Assembly: GCF_006345805.1 (NCBI RefSeq)
Contig: NC_043000.1
Location: 46,934,001-46,998,000, forward strand
Reading direction: 5' to 3'
DNA: 64,000 nucleotides
Origin: Octopus sinensis
Taxonomy: Eukaryota
Shown here one piece after another: positions 1 to 11,975 of the stretch. The number at the start of each line of letters is the position of its first letter. Position 1 is the first letter of the stretch. The notes beneath the pieces were generated by a model. The model had not been told where the DNA came from and made no database searches. It saw nothing but the letters and a program-made list of their open reading frames with translations. The translations under genes and the position numbers were made by a program.

Positions 1-299
1 CATTTTGCCCAGTGTGCTAATGTTTCTGCCAGTTTGCCTCCTTCTTTCAGTTTCTGTCTATCAAATCCATTCCCAAGGTTTTGGATGGACTGAAGCTATA
101 GCAGAAGTCACATGCTCTAAGCACATGCAGTGAAGAAAATCTGGAACCACATGGTTGGAAAAAAAATCTTCTTACAACACAACTGTACATATCTAATATA
201 CACATCAATTTCATAAAAAATAATATGATTAATGTCATGTTCAACAATGTGTGCAATTGCTTTCTGAAAGATTGCATTGACTGTTTAAATTCTGTATGA

Positions 300-2050
300 A
301 AGATACGTCTATCTTAAAAGAATAATTTGTGTATCTATCATACAACATTTGTTTGCTTCAGAATGTATTTCTATTTGATGATAAGACCCCTTGAAATCTA
401 ATTTAGCAAAATAATACATGCCAGATAGGGAATGTAATATCGATTCAATTCTTGGAATTAGATAGGAAGCTGTTTTGTAGTCTCCACATATTCTGAGATT
501 TCCATTCACCTTTCAAACAACTATTAAAGGAGAGGCTCATTTACTTCCTCCGGAAAGAACTTCATCTGAAAGACCTTCGTTAATTAGCATCCTCGGCTTT
601 GCTGTGACTAATTGTTTAATGTGTATTGGCAATGGTATTGCTTCAAAATAACATGGGCTGATATTTCCTTTGAGAAGAATGTTAGCCTTAAAACCTCTTA
701 ATCTCCCAAATTGTCCTGAAGCTTCAATTTCATGAATTAATATTGAACTATCAACATTCATCACGTTCATACATGATAAGCCATGATTTTTTTTTTGCTT
801 TTGTTTTTCGTTTAGCAACAATGACATTTGCACCTTCTGTTCTCATAGCAGTCTCCATTAATGCATTAAATTTTTCCAAAAATTTCAATGCATGATCCAT
901 CAAATTGTTTTAGTTTGAAATCACACTATCTCAATTTTAGGTTTATTCAAATCCATCTAGAAATTGTGAGATATTACAGTTACCTGACTGCCAGTGTCAA
1001 TTTGCATCTTAAATTTAGCATTATTGATTTTTCACATTGATTATCAAAGTTTTTTTAAGGCCAATTTCATAAATATTTTGCAGCATGCTCATTTACAATG
1101 TCTTCAGATTCCTTATTCTTTTTTTTTTATAGATTACTGCCATAATATGATTCTTTTCTTGACACTAAATACAGATTTTACTGAATGCAGGACATTTTTG
1201 TTGTACATGCTTGTATCCTTAAAAGCAACAATTACAATCAAATTTATAAAGGTTTACATAAACATGTGATTCAGTGATATCACCAAGGTCATTGCCCTGT
1301 TTTTTTTGTTTGTTTTTTTTTTCTTTTCAATCATCTGAAATTTAGAAATCATTTCAATCAGATGAATAAATTCAACAGAAGCATTAGCCTTCACATCATC
1401 TGAATGAAGATATTCTTGTACTGTCACGTGATACTCAGAGCATTTCATGCCATATATGAGTCATGTTTCAATTTTGTCTTCTGCACTTTTGTCTTTTAGT
1501 TCTAATTTCATCAAATTCAAGAAAATAAGCTGATTTATATAATCTTTAAGAATGACCTTGAATAGATTCAATAAAATTTTAATGCTGTTTAAGAAGCTAA
1601 CCCTTTCAACAACCATTGATTTTGGGTAGGGACAAAGTGATGAACTAAAGCAGATCTTAAGAAAAAATAAATGCACCCTTTTTAAATCCTAGCCAGGCTC
1701 ATGGGCCTGGTTTCCAGGTTTCTATGGCGTATGTATTCCCCAGCTGGATGGGACACTAGTCCATCACAGCGTTACTCATTTTTGTCAGCTGAGTGGACTG
1801 GAGCAATGTGTTTTGCTCAAGAACACAATGCGTCGCCCAGTCCAGGAATCAAAACCACAATCTTATGATCATGATGCTGACAACCTAACCACTAAGCCAC
1901 ACGCCTCCAAAGCAGATCTTACATTGCTAAAATTCATTCACTCATGAGACTTCATTGCTTTTGTTATTAAGACCCAGAACATTTTTCACTGTTGCAGTAG
2001 CAGTAAAACATCCCAGACAAGCTAGTGTCATGTATGGGTCATCAAGTGGG
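300..2050 (-). mobile_element. Decayed Ty3/Gypsy LTR retrotransposon internal region (gag - Zn knuckle - aspartic protease - RT)
   Basis: Minus-strand translation: gag-like LCPYPKSMVVERVSF (about 1600-1640); knuckle remnant CPAFSKICI*CQEKNHIMAV (1135-1195); protease KMQIDTGSQVTVIS with DTGS at 998-987; RT RICGDYK..LIPRIESILHSLSGMYYFAKLDFKGSYHQIEI (309-509). Stops and frameshifts throughout; no LTR delimited. Confidence 0.9.
1660..1908 (-). mobile_element. tRNA-headed SINE (SINE-C type) inserted in the Gypsy gag
   Basis: A-box TGGCTTAGTGG and B-box-like GGTTTTGATTCC on the minus strand; 13-bp TSD AAAGCAGATCTTA at 1647-1659 and 1909-1921. Confidence 0.9.
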
Positions 2051-2888
2051 TGTTCTTTACCAGCAGCTAGTGATTACGTTGTAATGTTGTATGATGTATA
2101 TACAAATAAAGTCATAATCACGTGATTCTCTATGTTCAGAACTGAATAACTGAAGTACTACTTTGAAATTGTAGCCATTTTAGAGATAATGTGCAGGATA
2201 AGAGGATGGAAAAAAGAAAAGAGAAGATGTGTAGGGACAAAGATGGAGGTTAGACAGATGTAGGGATGGCTATAGTGAGGGACAAAGCTGGTGGTGCTGT
2301 CAATTGCTGATATGAGATGAGGTATGGCAGTCCTCATACCATTCAGATGAGAGTGAAAGATACATTGAGGCCCACAAAGTGTTGATCAATTGAAAACTAA
2401 GTGGGAAGGGATGATGTTGAAACTGAGGGATGAATGTTAAAGGAAGTGGTTCTAGGGAGAGGGAAAGGTGGCTAGCAGCAAAAAGAGAATGAAATATGAG
2501 CTGATTCTGGTATGATATGATTACAGCAGCTGATTAGTGCCATTGATAGATGAGTGATAAATGGATGGGTTTTAAGTGTATGAGCAGTGGAGAAATTTTG
2601 ATAGGAACAGATCAGGTGCAGGGGCAGGGCCTAGTGTGTAGATATGAGAAATAGATCTATCCCTTACCCAGAAATTGCTGGCCTTGTGCCAAAACTTGAA
2701 ATCCATATTTCATGTTGTTAATAAAAAAAATTACAGAGGGGACCACAAAGTTTACTCTGTTAAATCTTTTAATCATGTCAAAAGTGATATCAAGTGAATG
2801 AAATAGTTTAATAGGCTACTAACACGAAGTTTAAAGTTCCAGTTAACTCTAAAATAATCATTCATTTTTCTTACACACTTTTCCAGAG

Positions 2889-3092
2889 TTACTCTTTTAC
2901 TCTTTTACTTGTTTCAGTCATTTGACTGCAGCCATGCTGGAGCACCACCTTTAATCGAACAACTCGACCCCGAACTTATTCTTTGTAAGCCCAGTACTTA
3001 TTCTATTGGTCTCATTTTGCCGAACCGCTAAGTGACGGGGACATAAACACACCAGCATCGGTTGTCAAGCAATGCTAGGGGGACAAACACAG

Positions 3093-3125
<33 letters not shown>

Positions 3126-3297
3126 CATATATACGACGGGCTTCTTTCAGTTTCTGTCTACCAAATCCACTCACAAGGCTTTGGTCGGCCCGAGGCTATA
3201 GTAGAAGACACTTGCCCAAGCTACCACGCAGTGGTACTGAACCCGGAACCATGTGGTTGGTAAGCAAGCTACTTACCACACAGCCACTCCTGCGCCT
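2889..3297 (-). mobile_element. Full-length tRNA-headed SINE (SINE-A, TAAAAGAG tail)
   Basis: Head AGGCGCAGGAGTGGCTGTGTGGTAAG..GGTTCAGTACC, internal TA/TG microsatellite, (TAAAAGAG)n tail; many copies in the window. Confidence 0.9.
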
Positions 3298-3829
3298 TGT
3301 GTTATATAAATATATGTTGCTTGTGTTATATAAATATATGTTGTAAAAGCATTGTTTTACTGTTGGATGCCTTTCTTATCACTTAACCCATACCTGTTTT
3401 TCAAATAAGAACTAATTTCAATATTTCCTATGCACAGATGCCCTTCCTGACAGCAACACCACCTGATTCCAAGTAATGTAATATATTCCCCTAGTCAAAG
3501 AAATATTCCATGTTTTTCTGGAAGACTGGAATTAGAGAACACAACATGTATGATAGTGTTGCTTATTACAACTATCATAGAATCTCAAGACACATTCACA
3601 CACACATTCACATGCACACATGTACATACCTTCATACATCCATACAGACACACGTACATGCATACATACATGCATGAGGGGGAGACCCAGGAAGACATGG
3701 AATGAAGTATTGAAGGCCAATCACAAAATGCTGAACGTTACAAGGGAAATAACAAATGACTGAGATATGTGGCACATTGCTGTATACAAGAAGACCTGCC
3801 CACCAAATTAGAATCAAGATACTAAAACC

Positions 3830-4080
3830 AAGGTGCTACAGGAAAAGCATTGATGTAGGTGCTGGTGCCACATAAAAAGCACTGGTGATGATGCCATATA
3901 AAAAGGCACCCAGTATACTCTGGTTGGTATTAGGAAGGACATCCAGCCATAAAAACCAAGGCCAAACAGCCAATAGAATCTGACGCAGGCCCTGGCCTTG
4001 CCAGGTGCTATCAAACCATCGAACCCATGCTAGCATGGAAAGCAGACATTAAATGATGATAATGATGATGATGATGATGA
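3830..4080 (+). mobile_element. RTE-tail repeat (3' part ending AACCCATGCTAGCATGGAAAGC..(GAT)n)
   Basis: Same 3' tail as the RTE LINE fragment at 10688-11130. Confidence 0.75.
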
Positions 4081-4096
4081 TATATATATATATATA

Positions 4097-4256
4097 CCAG
4101 AGTAAACACATAAATGTGAAACAAGGTGGAAAAAAGAGTACTCAAATCCAGGGGTAGAGTAATATGCTTTATTTAAAAGCAGCAGAAATTCAACAAAACC
4201 TGTTACTCGGAGTTTCACGTTCCCATTTGTTGGACAGTTTTTGTTAACAAAAACTG
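4097..4256. repeat. Penelope-like terminal-repeat remnant with a 22-bp palindrome and degenerate hammerhead
   Basis: Perfect palindrome CAGTTTTTGTTAACAAAAACTG at 4235-4256; hammerhead-shaped motif on the minus strand at 4200-4237. Confidence 0.6.
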
Positions 4257-4277
4257 CTTTTAAATAAAGTATATATA

Positions 4278-4693
4278 AGGTGCAGGAGTGGCTGTGTGGT
4301 AAGTAGCTTGCTTACCAACCACATGGTTTCGGGTTCAGTCCCACTGCGTGGCACCTTGGGCAAGTGTCTTCTACTATAGCCTCGGGCCGACCAAAGCCTT
4401 GTGAGTGGATTTGGTAGATGGAAACAGAAAGAAGCCCGTCGTATATATGTATATATATATATGCGTGTGTGTGTTTGTGTGTCTTTGTTTGTCCTCCTAG
4501 CATTGCTTGACAACCGATGCTGGTGTGTTTATGTCCCCGTTACTTAGCGGTTAAGCAAAAGAGACCGATAGAATAAGTACTGAGCTTACAAAAGAATAAG
4601 TCCCGGGGTCGAGTTGCTCGATTAAAGGCGGTGCTCCAGCATGGCCGCAGTCAAATGACTGAAACAAGTAAAAGAGTAAAAGAGTAAAAAGAG
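4278..4693 (+). mobile_element. Full-length SINE-A
   Basis: Same head, body and tail as 2889-3297 in the opposite orientation; probable TSD AGTATATATA. Confidence 0.9.
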
Positions 4694-6384
4694 TATATAT
4701 ATATATATATATATATGCAGAAACAATCAAGGTGTCTAGATGCAATTTAAAATCAAAAGGGCACAATTCAATCATCACTAAAAGTGATTAAGGGTGCAAG
4801 TCTGTACCAGCATTGCCAAAAATAAGAGTCAGGGAACTCTCAACCACAAATAAAGCACAATTCTATTTACTGATAAAGGAGACAACCTCCCACAGCACCA
4901 TATCAATTGGCCAATTTCAGATAGAATTAATCCTCAACAGTGATGCTACTTCATTGCTGATAGGTAAGCTGAGATCTGCAGCCAGTATATGTAGAAACTA
5001 CCATAGGAATCAAAGGCTGATTCCATAAACTGGTAATGTGGAATTTATGAAATTATCAAGGCGGCCAGACACACATTTGTAAAATGGACTCTTTCTCAGT
5101 TTGAATTGGTTAAGTTCATTGTTATAGTAGACAACGCTTGTCCAAGATCTTGCATAACAGGGACTGAACTCAAAACCATGAGGTTGGGAAGAAAACTTCT
5201 TAACCACACAGCCATGCCAGTATCTGAATATATTAGTTTAATTTAGATTAATTCAATGTGAACTTGTGTGAAAATCTCTTCCTTTGAACTTTGTAGTAAT
5301 CGCCAGGGCAAATGAAGTTTTGATTTCTCTCTGTTATATATCTGTATGTTATACATACTTCAGCCATTCTTTCAAACAGTGTGAAATAACTTGTAAAATT
5401 AAATGGGTAGTATTGGCATTTCTTTATCCTGATCTGGACGTGCTATCAAATACCAATTCCCTGTCAGAGCTCATGGCACCGACTCAAATTTCCAGTATCA
5501 TCTAGATTTTACTTCTGGTTAGAAAAGGTCAATGCCAAGTACTGTATCAGTTTCCCATCCATGCCTAGAGAACATTTAGGTGTAAAATATCTTGTATGTG
5601 ATGCAAATATGCTATTAACTGTTGGAATTTTATATATAGACTCATTGAGTCACAATCGAGATATCTTGGAAATATTCCAAAAAGTCTACAACTATTGGCT
5701 CTCTTTTTATAGCGATAATAATGATAATCCTAATTATCATTCTCTTTCCTTCCTATCACTTACAATTCCAATGTTTGGAAACAGTTGAAAACTAATGCAT
5801 TATTAGCAATGAGAAATACATTTACGGATGCAATTTAAAATCATGTTATGAATTCTGAAGGAGATATTTAGTATTAGATAACAACATTTTATATTTAATA
5901 TATATATATAATATAAACAAAAGGAAGTGAATTGGCAAACCTGGTAGAACATCAGACAACATATTAAATTGTATTTTTATTGGGGATCATTGCACCCTGG
6001 GTTCATATCACATCACAATCATCTTTGCTTTACATCCTTCTGAGCATGATAACATAAGAATAAGTGTAGTACTAAGGTTTATATAATTATTACTGAGCAA
6101 TGTTTTGCTTTGTTTTCAGGTTGGAAATTGTTACATAGTATAGATGCACATATGGTTGTATGGTTAAAAAGCTTTCTTCCCAGACATCCTTGGTTCAGTC
6201 CCACAGCATGGCACCTTAGGCAAGTGTATTTTCTATGATAGGTCTGCACTGACCAATGCTCCAAAGCTTTGTGAATGGATTTAGCAGAGGGAATCTGAAA
6301 GAAAACTATCAGATATATATATATGTACACATCTGTCTGTCTGTCTTTCTGTTTGTCTGTCTGTCTATCGATCTATCTATCTAT

Positions 6385-6720
6385 CATGGCCGATGACAGT
6401 GTCGGTGGCATGTAAAAAGCACCATTTGAGTGTAGTCGATGCCAATGCCTGCTGACTGGTCCCGTGCCAGTGGCATATAATAAACACTATTCGAGTGCGG
6501 TCTTTGCCAGTGCTACTTGACTAGCTCCCATACTGGTGGCACATAAAAAGCACCATTCAAGTGAGGTCGATGCCAGTACTGCCTAACTGGCCTTCCTGCT
6601 GGTGGCACACGAAAAGCACCCACTACACTCTCAGAGTGGTTGGCATTAGGAAGGGCATCCAGCTATAGAAACTCTCCCAGATTGTATTGAAGCCTATTAC
6701 AGCCTGCTCTCTTTGTCCCT
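6385..6720 (+). mobile_element. RTE-tail SINE body with 65-66 bp internal subrepeats
   Basis: (G/A)GTGGCA..AAAAAGCAC units start at 6404, 6469, 6535 and 6601, followed by the RTE-type tail motif GGAAGGGCATCCAGC. Confidence 0.75.
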
Positions 6721-6949
6721 GGTGCTGCATGAACATTTAATGTGGTTTTTACAGTCAAGTTTGGCTGCTATTTCTAGCATTGTGGTATCTCTTAGATACC
6801 CTTAATTATAATTTTAATAATAATTATTACCTTTGAGGTTTTTATTCCCATGCTGGCCACCTGACAAGATCGGTATTTTAAATAACAATCTTATTTATAT
6901 AAATTTACATATATGTATATATATATATATATTTATATATATTTGGTTT

Positions 6950-7211
6950 TTGGATTTGGTTTGCAAGATTCTTTATATGAGTTGAATATGTTGAAGCATA
7001 TTCTGTTGTGTCTGGGGAGAGTCATTCTCTTTTAGTGCCTTATTATTTAACACACTCACCGGTGTGAGTGTGTTAAATAGTATTGACCCTCAAGACTATT
7101 GAAAAGGTTGCAAGACGCAACAAAAATTTTAGAAAATAAAAATAAGAAATAAGTGGAAATTTTACCAAACAATAAGGCACTAAAAGAGAATGACTCTCCC
7201 CAGACACAACA

Positions 7212-7260
<49 letters not shown>

Positions 7261-7470
7261 GTATGCATGTGACCTCGTGTGCACCGTTGGCGATTTTTTT
7301 TCCTCTGTCTTCCCTTCTCTGGATCTTTCCTTCTATGTTTCCGACGAAGAGCTTCACTCGAAACGTTAAACCCTCCTTCTTCCCTTCTTTCCTGAGCATC
7401 CAATAATACTATATTTGTTCCACGTCCTCGCGTTGTTGTGTTTTTTTGTGTTTTCTTGTTTGGATTAACT
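6950..7470. repeat. Penelope-like fold-back terminal repeats with a minimal hammerhead-like motif
   Basis: Perfect 42-bp inverted repeat 7003-7044 / 7171-7212; 16-bp-arm hairpin 7044-7079; motif GTTT-CCGACGA-AGAGCTTCACTC-GAAACGTT-AAAC at 7337-7371. Confidence 0.65.
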
Positions 7471-8372
7471 ATATATATATGTATATATATATGTGTGTGT
7501 CTATATATATGTGTGTGTATATATATATATATTGTATGTATGCACACATGTGTGTTTGTGTGTACATGTTTATGTGCACACTTGTCTTAGCATCATGTGC
7601 TGGTTGTAAAACGAGCATGTTTTCTGTTTCCATCCTTCTTTGAAGAATATGCCAGACCATCTTGGAAACATGAGAGGACTGGTATCAGGAAGTGTATACA
7701 ACCATAAAAAATTCTGCCTCAACACATTCTGCTTGACCCATGCAAACCATGAGAACATGAACATTACATGATGATGATGATGGGGATAATGAAAATTTGC
7801 GAACTCAGAGTATTGTAACTTATAATATTCCCATCTGGTAAGTAGGAAATACATGAGTTGATTCATTTAAAATGTGGTGGAGCGCTAGAATTAGTGAAGA
7901 ACCAATCTTAAAAGTTTCTTTTGTTAGTAATTAATTTTTTTATATTTTTGAATACAGAGTGCAAAAGCCTCCAAGGTATATACTTTGTCATTCTTAATTC
8001 CAGGGTTGACATTATAAGTACCAATTAGTTCTTAGAGTTGATTCATTTGAATACACCTCTTCATAGCATGCCTTGTGGCAATGAGAGGAATCAATATATA
8101 ATATAGATATATGACGGCGCAGATAACTACAACTGTTCAGTGTCAAATGTATATATTACAGTATTCAAATTCAAATTTGTCGCTCATAGTTCTGAGTTCA
8201 ATTCTTTCCAAGAGATATATAGATATATGTGTGTGTGGTGTATATGCATTTATATATATATATATATTATATATATATATATACATACATACACACATAT
8301 ATATATATACATATATATGTGTGTGTGTGTATGTGTATATATGTATATACATATATAAATATATATGTACAC

Positions 8373-8404
<32 letters not shown>

Positions 8405-8429
8405 CTATATATATATATATATATGTATA

Positions 8430-9340
8430 TATAAGAGACCAAAGTATATGTATGCCAGTATATATTTTTATATATAATATAAAAAATACAAAATGGGATA
8501 AGAACACAAAACATCCAGATAGACGATACAAAGTAAACAAGGACAGGTCATTCGGAGTTTTCTTTCTGCAATTGAGCTCCAGATTATCTTTGTAATTTCA
8601 GCTGGTTATACTTGAGATTGCTCTAATCGTGTTAGCCCCAAGAAAAAACTAAGCTAAGAGCATTAGATTCCTTGGAAGAAAACAGAGAATGTATATGAAA
8701 ACAAGGATGGAAAAAACAGAGAATGTTACACAAATACAAATAACAGGACATAACAACAGGTATCTTTCGACTAAGGAAATATTAAATTAAGCTGACGTGT
8801 GTGGAAGTAAAGCCTTGCAGCAGGGATACAAGATTTCACAGACATAGGGAGGAATATAGATGTTGTATGGATGGCGGCCGAACCAAGAAAGAAAGGTTAG
8901 GCTTGGCTGAAAGCAAGTCACATAGGGAGAGGAGAGAAAGGTAGAAGCAGAGGGACAGAAGAAACAAGGATGAGTGAGAAAAACTGACAGGGACACAGTG
9001 AAGTGAAAAGAGGAGGGAAAGTGGGCATGAAGAGAAGTCAAGGAAATATGAGAGGTGGGGAATGAAAGAACAAAGAGTGGAATGAATGAAGTAAGCATGA
9101 AAGGGCTGATAGAAAGAAGGAAAGAATAAAAGAATAAGAGAATAGAGTCGTACAAGATTAGATAAGAGACCAAAGTGTACATACACCGCTATATGTTTTT
9201 ATATGTATGTTTCTATATATAAAAAATACAAAATGGGACAAGAATGCAAAACATCCAAACAGTTAGGTGATACAAAAAGGGGATAACAAAACATCCAGAT
9301 AGACGATACAAAGAAAACACGGACAGATCATTCGGAAAAG
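8430..9340. mobile_element. Element with about 130-170 bp direct terminal repeats (probable Penelope-type tandem pseudo-LTRs)
   Basis: ATAAGAGACCAAAGT..AAAATACAAAATGGGA..CATCCAGATAGACGATACAAAG..TCATTCGGA occurs at about 8431-8555 and about 9162-9335. Penelope assignment is inference. Confidence 0.5.
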
Positions 9341-10148
9341 ACACAGACACATAAAAATATATAGATACAAGATGGGCTTCTTTCAGTTTCCATCAGCCAA
9401 ATCTGCTCACAATGCTTTGGTTGGCCCGAGGCTATAGTAGAAGACACTTGCCCAATTTGCTATGCAGTGGTACTGAAGTCTATGTGTGTGTATGTGTGTC
9501 TGTCTGTCTGTCTGCCTATCTCCATTTTTTATGGATTATTAAACCAATTGTCTGCTATTTCTGTGTTTCCTCATTGTTCAGTATAAAACACTGCAAGTAC
9601 ATAAAATGGACAAAAAGAAAAATACAAAGCTAGCAAGCTACATCTTGTATCTGAAGAATATTAATATACCACATAGCATGAAGAGGAGTAATTCCAAGTG
9701 ATCTAGACCATATATTAATGAGTCAAAGAAGTCCAGACTCTGCAGAAGGAAACTTACATTCATTCATTGTAACTCATCAATGTGAGTTATCATTTTCTAA
9801 AATATTAATTCTAATGTAGCAGTCATTTCATTGTTGTTTACCCGGGACCCACATTCAAGAGCCTTCCAGCCCAGTTTCGGCTCCCACATCTGCTTTTGAG
9901 TACGACTAGGGTATGACTACATTATCTGACATATTTTTTACTCATTTTAAATAGTATATAATGATAATGATGGTCATTGTTAGAAGAATTACACAACACA
10001 ACCAGTATTTCGTTTCCAGGACATTTTTGATCTGATTTGATGTCTTTTTTTAATATGCTGAATCTGAAACTGGAATCTATTTTTTACCATTATGTCTAGA
10101 TTTCAAGAAAGCCAAACCCCAACCCCACCAATTTTCACAGAATTTTCT

Positions 10149-10382
10149 TATTTCTTTATTGCCCACAAGGGACTAAACATAGAGGGGATAAACAAGGACA
10201 GACAAAGGGATTAAGTCGATTACATCGACCCCAGTGCGTAACTGGTACTTAGTTTATCGACCCCTGAAAGGATGAAAGGCAAAGTCAACCTAGGTGGAAT
10301 TTGAACTCAGAACGTAGTGGCAGATGAAATACTGCTAAGCATTTCGCCCGGCATGCTAACGTTTCTACCAGTTCGCTGCCTT
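10149..10382 (-). mobile_element. tRNA-headed SINE-B (central GTCGACTTTGCCTTTCATCCTTTC, Meta-domain-like)
   Basis: 18-bp TSD ATTTTCACAGAATTTTCT at 10131-10148 and 10383-10400. Confidence 0.92.
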
Positions 10383-10687
10383 ATTTTCACAGAATTTTCT
10401 ATAAAAATGCTTTGTTTAATTGCGACATTTCATGCAAAACTTTCACAAGCTTGATGACCAAGGAATACCAGCTGAGCCAGAGGACGCCACAGATGATCTG
10501 GATTACCTTGGCACAAGCTCATCAGATCTATAGCTATTTGATCAAAATGAACTCAGTGAATCAGTAAGGGGGTTAGAATTATCAAAAGAATTTGCAGTTT
10601 TAGCATCTAAATTAAAGGGGAGAAGCCTTCTTAATGTAGGAACTAAAGTCCCCCTCAATCACACTAGGGATGCTGAATTTCTTTGAA

Positions 10688-11130
10688 TCATCCTCATCAT
10701 TATCATCATCATCATTTAGCTTCTGTTTTCCATGCTAGCATGGGTTAGAGAATTGAACAAAGTTCCAGTCTGATCTGGCATGGTTTCTGCTATTAGACAC
10801 CCTTCCTAATGCCAACCACTCTAAGAGCGTAATGAGTGCCTTTCATATGCCATCAGAACAGGTACCTTTTACAGTGTCACCAGCATAGGTGTGTTTTACA
10901 TGACAATGGTACTGTTCACCACTTTGACTTCACTTGGCTTGATGTGTCTTCTCAAGCACATCAAATCAACAAGGTCGCCATCACTTGTCATCATCTCCAT
11001 GGGACTCAACATTGAAATACCATATTTCACCAACTCTTCTCCTGTCTTCCTGGGTCTGCCTCGTCCACAGGTTTCTTCCACAGTTAGAGATCACCACTTC
11101 TTTATTCAGCTCTCCTCATCCATATGCATC
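10688..11130 (-). mobile_element. 5'-truncated RTE LINE 3' end inserted in the transposase
   Basis: ORF 10896-11081 reads ETCGRGRPRKT..LVKY..MTSDGDL (RTE C-terminus), followed by the 3' UTR and (GAT)n tail. Confidence 0.85.
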
Positions 11131-11408
11131 ACAGGAAATGATGAGTTAGTGTATTGCACAAACACAAAGGGACTGCTTCAGAGGATGGAATTAGTGAAAT
11201 ATGATACAAGTGTTTGGTGCCTTTTTATTGATAACTTGAAAAGAAGTATTCTGCTTCATAATGGAAATATATTGACCTCTGATTTAGTTGCTCACTCTAC
11301 AAGACTAGCAGAGAAACATGAAATCATGAAAGTAACAATAGAGGAAATTAAGCACTGCAATTATTAGTCTATGATATGCATGGACTTCAAGTTGGTCAAT
11401 TTACTGTT

Positions 11409-11559
11409 GGGGCTGTGTGGTAAGAAATTTGCTTCCCAGCCACATGGTTCCAGGTTCAGTCCCACTGTGTGGCCCTTTGGGCAAGAGTTTTCTACTATAG
11501 CCTTGTGCCAATCAAAGCTATGTGAGAAGATTTGGTAGATGGAAACTGAAAGAAGCCTG

Positions 11560-11595
<36 letters not shown>

Positions 11596-11720
11596 TTATG
11601 TATGTATGTATTTATTTGTGTGTTACCTTGAGCAAGTGTCTTCCGCAATAGGCTTGTGCTGATCTAAGCCTTGTGAGGGGATTTGATAAATGGAAACTGA
11701 AAGAAGCTTGTTGTATAAAT

Positions 11721-11752
<32 letters not shown>

Positions 11753-11975
11753 AAATATATGTTTGTGTGTATCTGTTTATCCCCCACTATCACTTAACAA
11801 CTGATGCTGGTGAGTTTATGTCCCTGTAACTTAGTGGTTTGGCAAAAGAGACCAATAGAATAAGTACTTGGCTTACAAAGAATGAGATCTGGTGTCAATT
11901 TCTTTGACTAAAACCATTTCAGGTGGCGCTCCTGCATAGTCACTGTAATATGACTGAAACAAGTAAAAGAATATC
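11409..11975 (+). mobile_element. Two adjacent partial SINE-A copies inserted in the transposase
   Basis: Head at about 11409-11590; second copy, core to tail, at about 11625-11975; transposase coding resumes afterwards. Confidence 0.85.

Noticed and set aside
4278-4350. tRNA genes at SINE heads
   Set aside because: A/B boxes are present, but there is no complete cloverleaf and each continues into a SINE body.
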